A stretch of DNA of 64,000 nt from assembly GCF_009914755.1 (NCBI RefSeq), contig NC_060942.1. One strand, 5' to 3'. How positions within the stretch are numbered: position 1 is the stretch's first letter; every line of letters starts with the position of its first letter. The notes beneath the pieces were generated by a model. That model made no database searches. It had not been told where the DNA came from and was given only the letters and a program-made list of their open reading frames with translations. Positions 49,751 through 64,000 of the stretch are shown piece by piece. Made by a program: the position numbers and the translations under genes. The stretch comes from the human T2T-CHM13v2.0 reference genome, Homo sapiens.

Positions 49751-51285
49751 AGGGGGCCTAGCCAGCCTGTCGCGACTCAGCAGAGAAGTACGTTTGCCCT
49801 TTCCCGGGAGTGTAGGGTACTCTGCCCCCATGTCACGGTAATCTTGTTGGCCTCTTCCAAAGACGACTGCCAGTGGCTCTATTTGTTTGTTTCTCCTTAT
49901 CCAGTGGGGAAAATTCTCGAGTCACATGGCTCTGTGTAAAACAATGGGTGTCTGGTGGGGGATGACGGGCTAAAAGGGCCCACCAAACTGTAAAGTTGCA
50001 AAATTCTGTATTTCTAAAATATTTCCAGAGAATATCAATTAGGAGACGATATGGAAAGCGGGGAAGGGTCAAGAGACAGGTTGCTGAAAATAGAAGCCCA
50101 TCCTCAGTCCGGAATTCTGCCTATCCTAGAGGCTAAGCCTCGCATTTCAGCCCTGTGGGTGGAGCTGTTGCCCATCCTGTGTGAATAGAGTACCTGGCTT
50201 CGTGGGTATCAATCCAGGACCACAAAGCACAGCTTTCTTTCTCTCCTGGAACCTTAAATTGAGGTCTGTTCTGTACTCGTCTGTGCGCCAGGTCTTGGCA
50301 GCCTTCTCCGGACCTTGGGGCTCTTTGAGTACTTACAGTCTTTGTTCAAATAAGCAGTCTCCTGACGGCTGGCCCAGATGTGGAGCCCACATCTGGAAGC
50401 TATCCCTAGTCTTGGCCCAGGCATTCAGGCTTAGGCGATGTGTGTTTCAGGTACAACCACACCCTGCCTGTTGGTCCAAACATAAGGGCCTGTGCAGGGC
50501 AGAGGTCTTGGAGGCTGGCGGCTGGCTTGGAGACAGTGTATTAGGTTAAATCCTAATGGGCAGTCATTTGGAAATATACAGGGACCCCCTGCCAATGACT
50601 TCATGCTGTGTTCCTGTCCTACCATCCTTCCCTGTTTTTTCTTGGCAGGGCTCGAAGTGCCAGGCCTGCCACAAGCACCCAGCAAGCAACTTCCCTTATC
50701 TCTCTGCAGCTTGCTGGTGGGGCATTTATCTTGGCCTATGGGTGGGGAGTGGTTATCCAAACCTCAGACTGAGTCTTCCAGTTGGGAGTTTATAGCTGAG
50801 ACGTATGGTGCAGGCATGAGGGAGAAATATCCCTACATCACAAAGTGCTGAGTTTAGGAGGGTTCCTATACTTAAGGAAAACTGTGCTACAAAGCCCCAA
50901 ATGCGGCACAGCTTGCTTCAGACCCACAGCACTTTTCCAAGAAAGGAAATACCCTGTTCATCATCCCCAAGAAGAGCAAGGACCAAGAGGGGTTTATGTG
51001 CAGGAAGGAGGGTGGCATTGCTGGGAGTTCGTCTGAGTAAATGCTTGTTTCAGGAGCTTGTGTCAAGCAGTTAGCGCCTGTTGATAGATTTCGGGTATGA
51101 CAGGTCCAAGGAACCAGGATCCTCACTGAACCTGTCTGGCCTGACCTACGATAGATTTTTTTTTTCCTTGAATCAACTTAAAAGTTTCTCAAGTAGAAAA
51201 TTTTAAAAATACAGATAAAGGGAAAAAAATCATTCCTCAAATCTCTACATCATAGATGCCAATGTTCACACTTTGGCTTATACAC

Positions 51286-51636
51286 TACTATAATGGACTG
51301 AATGTTTATGCTCCCCCCAAATCCACATGTTGACATCCTAACCCCCAGGTGATGGTATATGGGAGGTGATCAGGTCGTGAGGTGGAGCTTGCACAATTGG
51401 CTTTTGTGCCCTTATAAAAGAGACCTCGGAGAGCTGTCTTGGCCCTTCTACCACCTGAGACACAGTGAGAAGAGCTGTCTGTGAACCAGGAAGAGGGCCC
51501 TCACCAGACACCAAATCTGCTGGCACCTTGATCTGGGACTTCTCAGCTTCTCAAACGATGAGAAATACATGTATGTTGTTTATAAGTCACCTAGTGTATG
51601 GTATTTTCTTACAGCAGCCAGGGATGGACTAAGACA
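51286..51636 (+). mobile_element. MLT1A-like MaLR LTR
   Basis: ggactgaatgtttatgctccccccaaatcc...ggactaagaca. Confidence 0.8.
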
Positions 51637-51718
51637 ACTGCCAGCCTTTCTCTTGTATGTATGAATAAACACTTTTCAAAATAATGACAGGGAATTATTC
51701 TGAAATATTATTTCCTAA

Positions 51719-52087
<369 letters not shown>

Positions 52088-52109
52088 TAATAATTTTCCA
52101 TGTGAAAAA

Positions 52110-53360
52110 TGGTCTTTTCAGAATCACTGCTGCCTCTTTTTTTGGGGACCGAAAATCTGTGGAGACAGTTTTAGTTGTCATAATAATGAGAGGTGGGAGT
52201 GGGATGTGGTGGCAACGTGCAAATGACATTTAGAAGACAAAGGAGTGAAAAATTAGATGTCCTCCAAAACTCGAGTCCAGCCCCAGTTTTGAACATCCTA
52301 ATGGACATTCATACAGGTAAAAAAAAAATTTATAATGATTTGAAACCCAAACCTAACTTCATTTTGCATATAAGCACGAAGCTTTTTGGTGTGGTTTTAG
52401 TATACACTAAATTTTCCAGCAATGCAACTAATAGTGTGTTTAGACCTTTTACTGTGAAATGTTGACTCAACCACCTGGAGAATCTCGTCAGCAATGGCAA
52501 TGCCAGTGACAGCAGCTCAATCAACATCACAACATCACACCACCTGTATATAGGTGTGTGGTGGTCACTGTATCTGTGATGACTATACATAGAGGTGAAT
52601 ATACTTATTTAGCCTTCTATTTCTAAACATCATATAAATAAAGTGTCTACATTTAGTGGAACATTGTCTTATTCCTACTAAATCTCAACTTATTTAAAAG
52701 TAGATTCAAGCATCTGACTTCTTCATTGTATCTTCAAATGTAGTTGTGTCTAAAAATTGCAAATTGACACTGTGATCTCTTGGCAATGCACACTTCTTCT
52801 AAGCTCTGCCTTCTGCCTCTGGGGCTGGAAACCTCCAAGTTCCAGCTCCTAGATTCCTTCCCATCTTGCCTCACTTGAGGGTCTGCCAGTAGGAGACACT
52901 GGCTTCTGGTTCATCCTGGATCTTATGCTATGAAGGATGGCAGCCACAGCCTGGCTACCAGCGACTCTGAGTAACACCATTTCTGTTTTTGCTTCTCCAG
53001 TTCTCGGGGGTAGTCATTCCCTATAGTTACTAATCCTGGAAAACCCTACCTTCATCGATTTGCTCTTCCAGCCTTTCCAAAATCTTTGTAACCAATTCTC
53101 TACATTAACTCTCCTCTGAAATACCTACAGTAGTTGTTTTTGTGACTGGACATATATGGATAAAAAATGCATAGGTTTTATTCTATTTGAATTGTTTCTA
53201 TTATGGTCAGGCCATTGTGTACATTCTTTTAAAAAATTATGCACCTGAGTAAATATATTATCTGTGAATTTAATTTCAGGGTAACAAAAGAGGGGTATTA
53301 CAAAATATTTATTACTATTATAAAGGGGTGTTGAGCTTGACAGAGTTGAAAACCACTCAT
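52110..53360. mobile_element. hAT-Charlie-type DNA transposon relic, probably interrupted by an old LTR fragment
   Basis: MER20-like start (gagacagttttagttgtcata) and terminus agagttgaaaaccact. Confidence 0.45.
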
Positions 53361-54444
53361 CTATGTCATCCTTTTTAGTGACTTCCTTTATCTTCTTACA
53401 CCTTCCCCTGTTGTTTGACATTCAGGTTACTGCTCACATGTCATCCCCCCATTTATACCGTATTAGTTACTTGTTGCCTTCCTCCACCAAAAGATAAGCT
53501 TTATGAGGGCAGCCATTTAATCTGTTGCGTTCACCACTAGACTACTAGTATCTGAATATGTTAGCTACTCAGTAGATACCAAATCAGTACTTGCATATGT
53601 TAATTACTCAATAAATATTTTAAAAATAGATGGATGAATCTTTCAGATCTTGGCTTTGACATTATTTCTTCCTGTAAGTCTTTCCTGACATGCCTTGGTC
53701 AGATGAAATGTCCATCCTTGTGAATAAAATGATAGCAGAATTGTGGATGAGAACCAAATAACAAGCAAACAGTAACACATAGTATCCAATCAGACCATAG
53801 AGAGGTTATTAGAGTCCAAACAAATGATGAAGGAAATTGGTTACAATATGGGTAGGGGCACATCTACCCAACTCAGGTAATAAAGAGGTGAAAAGGGTTT
53901 GATTAAAAAGTGGATAAAATAGAAACACGATGCACTGGTTGAAGACTAAATCCCAGTTGAAAAGCGTGGCTTTGGGTTTCTGGTTGATGGAATTGGTTCA
54001 GTATATTCACCCATGCTTTGGTAGGGTCAGTCATGCCCACATCCCACTCAATCTCTGACCAATAAGCAATTTCACTGTAGTCCTGAAACTTCATCCCAGT
54101 CTTATCAGTGCTGTTCCAAGTGATAAGAATCTGTCCTCTCTACTTAAGTGGCTTTACAGTTCTAAGATTATATTAATATAAGCAGAGAAATGGTGAAGGA
54201 AAACAAACCTGTGGTATTAATATTTTGTGTTAAGTTTATTAATAAGTTTTATAATCAGGATAATCTACATAATAAATAAGGGGTAGAAACAATATACATT
54301 TGAAGCTCTGATATATCAATTTTGGGATTTCAATTTGAAATACATCATTGGTATTAGACCTGCAATTTTAATTCATAAAGTATAAGATAATTTGATTAAA
54401 TTTTAAAACAGTATTTGAATGTTTAAGAAAAACTGACCTGAAAT

Positions 54445-54590
54445 AAGTATGGTGTGTGTGCCTGTAATCGCATCTACTCAGCAGTCTGAGGCAGGAGGAT
54501 CGCTCGAGCCCAGGAGTTTGAGGTCAGCCTGGGAAACATAGCAAGACCCTGTCTATAGAAAAAATAAAAAAAAGAAAAAGAAAATAAAAA
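54445..54590 (+). mobile_element. FLAM monomer
   Basis: ggaggatcgctcgagcccaggagtttgagg plus A-tail. Confidence 0.8.
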
Positions 54591-54729
54591 CTGGCTCACT
54601 ATGTTTATAAGTTTGATTTGCAAGAGTTTCTTAAGAGTTTAGAAGATTTTGTTTTGTAAATCTGTCCAGTCAGGCATTAAAAATGTTTAAAAGAACATAA
54701 TTATGTTTGTAAGTTGTATTTAATTGTTT

Positions 54730-55035
54730 TTTCTTTTCTTTTTTTTTTTTTTTTTGAGACAGAGTCTCGCCCTGTTGCCCAGGCTGGAGTGCAGTGGCAC
54801 AATCTCAGCTCACTGCAAGCTCCGCACGCTGGGTTCACGCCATTTTCCTGCCTCAGCTTCCTGAGTAGCTGGGAATATAGGCGCCCGCCACTACGCCCGG
54901 CTAATTTTTTGTATATTTAGTAGAGACAGGGTTTCACCGTGTTAGCCAGGATTGTCTCGATCTCCTGATCTCGTGATCCACCCACCTCGACCTCCCAAAG
55001 TGCTGGGATTACAGGCGTGAGCCACCGCGCCCGGC
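54730..55035 (-). mobile_element. AluY
   Basis: AluY diagnostics (gcaagctccg, cacgccatt, gttagccagga); TSD GTATTTAATTGTTT. Confidence 0.93.
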
Positions 55036-55470
55036 CGGCGTATTTAATTGTTTAGAAGACTTTAACTATTAAGCTTAAGTTAATTTAAGATTAATCAAAG
55101 AACAAGTGAATATCATATTTCTTATTTTTGGACAAAAATTACTAGATTTATAAGTAGGATACAATTTGTAAATTAAACACAAGGGTGTAAGAATATTTAC
55201 GTTTAAAATTTTACTATTAATAAATTGGTTATTAATTTTAATAATTATAATAAATAGGCCTGTTTACAAACTCTCTGCAATATAAAAATAATTCAGAAGA
55301 TACTCCCCAAAGAGCATTAGAATTTTTTGTTTAATTTTCCATCTCCCCAGTTTGTCTCTAAATTCTTTAATTTTCCTGGAAAAATCAACTCTCTTTGTGT
55401 CAAACATATTTTTATGTTCTTTGTGTAATTGATCCTCTCCATTAATACACAATAATCCAGTTTTTACCAC

Positions 55471-55836
55471 TAATATGGTTTGGCTGTGTCCCCACCCAAA
55501 TCTCATCTTGAACTGTAGTTCCTCCAGTCCCATGTCATGGGAAGTACCCACTGGGAGATAATTGAATAATGGGGTGGTTACGCTCACGCTGTTCTTGTGA
55601 TAGTGAGTTCTCATGAGATCTGATGTTTTTATAAGAGGCTTTTCCCCCTTTGCTTGGCGCTTCTCCTTCCTGCTACCATGTGAAGAAGGATATGTTTGTC
55701 TCCCCTTCCACTATGATTGTAAGTTTCCTGTGGCCTCCCCAGTCCTGCAGAACTGTGAGTCAATTAAACCTCTTCCTTTTATCAATTACCCAGTCTCAGG
55801 CAGTTCTTTACAGCATGTGAAAGTGGATTAATACAC
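55471..55836 (+). mobile_element. THE1 (B/C-like) MaLR solo LTR
   Basis: atatggtttggctgtgtccccacccaaatctcatcttgaactgtagttcc...taataca. Confidence 0.88.
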
Positions 55837-56929
55837 CTACTTATTGTATCCTTGGTCTTCTATGATCCTGAATTAACAATAACATTGCCCTAAGCCTGCA
55901 ACAATAAGATGTATATAGGCAGTCTTCACAGCTTCCCTTAAATTCTGTTTTCCTTCAAGAATACCTGGTAACTTCTTCTAGCAATATGGCAGTCAGGTAC
56001 ACAATGACTGTCCTCACTGGAACAACTAAAATGGTTTTTAAAAAATTTTAAACCAAATTTTATAAATGATTATAAGTGAGGAATACACCAAGTCTAAAAA
56101 TAAAATAAAATCAAGACCTCTGGGAGGTTAATAAGTTCCAAAGCTAGCTTTTCCTCTAAGGGTTTCCACCAGATCTTAAGATTTCACTTTGCAAGTACCT
56201 TGGGTGTAGGGGGCTGGAGATAAAGCCCAGATTCTGCCCAAGGAGGGAATATAATAGGAGGCCCCCATATATAGCTGGGACTTACACTGCATATGAGTGA
56301 GACATAAGCCCCACTGCACAGAAATTTATAGCAAAAAATTTGCTTTTCTCAGCCTTGCTGACAGGTGGAGAAGGAAAAAAATATATCCCTTGAGAATTTG
56401 CAACCATATGCCAGCCCTCATGCAAGATTTTATCTTAACTAACCACTTGTGTGATCTGGAAAACATCAAGCAGACTTTAAATTAAAATCCTTTGTTTGTA
56501 GCATCTCCAGATGATTCACAGAAGTAAGCGACCTTCCTAAAGAAAAAAAAACATAATTTAATTCAGTTCTGCAAGAATTCCCACAGGTAAAGTTGCAAAG
56601 AATATAAGTGGCTTAAAAAATTATGAAATTTATGAGGAATCAAGTTACTATGAATGAGAAGAGGCAGAAATAACAGATAGTAGAAATAGATCTTTTAAAA
56701 GTTCACATACTTATTTTCAGATAAAGAATACTCATTATCTACATCTAATATGTTCTTTTAAAATTAAAGATTTATAATCCCATGTAGATTTCAGGAAAAA
56801 AATTAAGTAGAAGCTTGGAAATTTGGACAGAAACATGTGGATTTAAAAACAAATCTAGTAGATCGTCAATAAATGAAAATTATAGCAATTACATACATAT
56901 TACATTATAGCAATTATATATATATATAC

Positions 56930-57224
56930 TTTTTTTTTTTTTGAGACTGAGTCTCGCTCCGTCACCCAGGCTGGAGTGCAGTGACATGATCTCAACTCAC
57001 TGCAACCTTCATCTCCTAGGTTCACACAATTATTATGCCTCAGCCTCCTGAGTAACTGGGATTACAGGTGTCCGTCACCACGCCTGGCTACTTTTTGTAT
57101 TTTTGGTAGAGATGGGTTTTCACCATGTTGGCCAGTTTGGTCTTGAACTCCTGACTTCAAGTGATCCACCTGCCTAGGCCTCCCAAACTGCTGGGATTAC
57201 AGGCGTGAGCCACGGCTCCTGGCC
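56930..57224 (-). mobile_element. AluS
   Basis: Alu consensus. Confidence 0.92.
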
Positions 57225-57346
57225 ACAATTACATTTTTTAGAAAGATCAGCGGAGTAACTAATTAGGTAACAGCTAACATGGGTATTTGTTAATTGGAAG
57301 ATGGGTGTGAAACAATTTAGAATGCAGTCTAGGGAAATAAAGATCA

Positions 57347-57755
<409 letters not shown>

Positions 57756-58224
57756 TCATTTGTAGCAACATAGATGGAACTGGAGGCCATTATGTTAAGT
57801 AAAATAAGCCAGGTACAGAAAGACAAATATTGCATATTCTCACTCGTATGTGGGACCTAAAAAAGTTGATTTCATGGAGGTAGAGAGTAGAATGATAGTT
57901 ATGAAAGGCTGGAAAGGATGTGCATGGGGGAGGAAGAGAGGTTGGTTAATGGGTTCAAATATACAGTGAAATAGAAGAAATAAATTCTAATGTTTGATAG
58001 GAGAGTAAGGTGACTATAGTTAACAATCATGTATTATATATTTCAAGATAGCTAGAAGAGAGAATTTAAAGGTGTTCCCAACACATAGAAATGATAAATA
58101 CTCAAGGTGGTGAATACCCCAAATACCCCGACTTGATAATTACACATTCTATGCATGTAACAAAATATCACTTGTACTCCATAAATATGTACAAATATGT
58201 ATCATTTTTAATTTTTTTAATTTT

Positions 58225-58533
<309 letters not shown>

Positions 58534-58699
58534 AATTTTTTTTTTTTTAAATTAGGCAACATATAGAAGATTGAGTATATATTCTCTTCACAGTAATAAT
58601 ACACTGTAAATGCATAACAGAAATATAACTAGAAAAATTCCAAATGTTGGAAAATTAAGCAACATGTTTCTACAACCTGTGGTTTAAAGAAGAAATTAC

Positions 58700-61830
<3,131 letters not shown>

Positions 61831-61918
61831 TGTTGTATGTTGTCAGTGATCTTGAGTAAGTCTATTTTCTCCTTTATAAAATGTTTGAATTCGCTCTGAT
61901 CTCAAATGTCTCCGAAAG

Positions 61919-62075
61919 CAGTGCTTCTCACAGTTCAATGGGGATTTCATTAAAATGCAGATTCTGACTCAGTGAATCTGGAGTGGGACCTGGGAATCTG
62001 CATTTCTAATGAGGGCCACCCCGCCCCCGCCCCGGTGATGTAGATATTGCTGGTCCATATTTGAGTAGCAAGGCC
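61919..62075. mobile_element. MER5A-type hAT-Charlie
   Basis: cagtgcttctca...aaaatgcagattctgactcagt...gaatctgcatttctaa...tttgagtagcaagg. Confidence 0.75.
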
Positions 62076-64000
62076 TTTAGACGCCATCATCCCTTACATC
62101 AGTATCACTGTCTTTTTAGACCAGTTCCATCCTGTATTTTGTGTTGCCTTTTTGCAACATTCACTCCCAACTTCCCAAATTCTTTCTCATGCCACCCAGA
62201 TCTAGTAAAGCTAAGATTCATCAGAGTCAAAACCTTAAGTAACCTTTAAGAAGCAGAACAAAAAATAATGTAAAACAACCCCAGGACCCTCTAATTTTAC
62301 TACAAGCTGTAACTAAAAGGACATCATTGCTAAAAAAAGGACACCTACCATTAAGCCCCCTTCTTTCTTTTGTTTTGTTTTGTTTTGTTCTGTTTAGATG
62401 AGCTGATTTACTCTACATTATGGGAAATGGGTGAATTGAAAACTGTCATATAGACACAATAGGTACCAATACTTGACTTACAATGATATACAATTGCATA
62501 ATGCATTCATTGACGATAAACACTGTGGCAATTTTCTTTTTAAAGAAATTCCACTATATAAGTGGAATTTCTATTTGTCTCCACCCAGTGTTTCTGAGGC
62601 TTATCTTAATTATCCCAACATCATTAGCAGTTGAATAAAAAGTCAGTTCGATGTGCAGTGTGAGAGAAAAAAGTCTCCACAATAAAGCCTTCTAAAGCAT
62701 GAACTTTAACTTCAGACTCCCTTTGTGTAAGTCAAGGAGAAATTGATTAAGTCATTTTGCTTGAGTGCACAAAATGAGAATTTTCTCTTACTCACAATCC
62801 CTAACAATAATAAGGGTTGTCATCTTTAATATTTAAGCCCAAGGCTAGAGGAGAAAAGGTATTTATGTACATATATGTACAGTCTGGCAAATATTAGCCA
62901 TCTGTCCCCACGTACCTGGAACCAAGCAGAAAAATAAAGTAGGTTGCTCTGGCTATCCCAGAAAATGGGTAAGGAGAATTTTTAAATAAAACATGACATA
63001 TAGTCACTGGCATGGCTGTCACCTGAGTGTCTCATTTCTTACTGCTGCTGCTGGTGCTGTTTGCCATGTCCCACTCCAGCCTGGGCTGGGGGTGAATGAG
63101 CAAGAGGAGACATTTGATGGAGGTCAGGACTGTCATTGGAACATTAAAGGCTAGAGGCCTGTGGAAGTACCCAGTTATTTATGCCATCTTCAGATGGGTT
63201 CTAATTAGCTGTGCCTCAGCACAAAATTCAACCGAAAACCAAGTAAGCCATTTACCAAGTCCAAAGTGCCAGCGTTCTTCTTGGCATGCACCATGAATCA
63301 AATGCACTGTGAAATCTGAGTGCGAGACCCGGGGCCAGGACCACAGAGCACTCAGCTATTGAGAGCATAGTTTTCTAGTTCTCTCCTTTTGGTCATGGAA
63401 TCCCAGCAGAGACACAGTGATGGAGGGCTGGACAGTATCTATATCACCAATAACATTTGTATCCCAGGGTAGGTGGGAAACCGCCACCAAAACAGAGAAA
63501 TAGACAAATAATTTCTTCAACCCTAGCACCTCTGTATAAGTTTTTCCAAGGAAATCTAATCTCATATTGAATACTGGGGACTTTTTTGATATATGGTTAA
63601 GAAACAGTCTTGCGAACACATTCCCTCATCAGGCTCTCCCGGCTCTCTGTGAGGTAGGATTGCTCCCAGACTTTCACAGGTGAGCCCTGAGATCCAGACA
63701 GGTTCAGTAAGAGAGGCAAGGCCCCAGGAATTGGGTCAGCCTCTTCATTCAAACCCAGGTCTCTCAAACTTCACAGCTCCATGCATCTGCCCAACACAGC
63801 CATGCAGAGATGGCTCTGCTCTTACAAGCGCCAGGGGTCTCAGAGCACAAGTAAAAAAAATTGTACTTTCAACAAATTGCTCTACTCAGTCACGCCTAGG
63901 GAGTCAACCTGTTCTTCCCCAGAGGTGTGGATTTTGTGTGTGAAACAATCTAGTCACCGAAAGCTGTTGGACATAATCATCTGTGACTCTCTCCAGGGTT

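Overview
This is primate (almost certainly human) genomic DNA. Bases ~212-5250 hold the last two coding exons and the 3' UTR of PHLPP1 on the + strand, encoding the C-terminal part of the PP2C-like domain, the Ser-rich tail, a polyQ/P tract and the PDZ-binding end DTPL*. The other ~58 kb is intergenic (human 18q21.33, toward BCL2, from recalled gene order). It is dominated by Alu, L1, L2/MIR, LTR (MaLR/ERV) and DNA-transposon relics, many with readable target-site duplications (TSDs) and nesting. I see no other credible protein-coding gene and no evidence for a novel biological system. The best leads are regulatory or structural: a divergent pair of CTCF motifs (possible domain boundary), an orphan CpG-rich promoter-like element, an ONECUT/HNF1 motif cluster, degenerate PP2C motifs in PHLPP1, candidate alternative polyadenylation sites, and unusual retro-insertion junctions. 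Repeat subfamily names and motifs come from recalled consensus sequences, not from a run of RepeatMasker or a motif scanner. Repeat boundaries are approximate unless a TSD is quoted.
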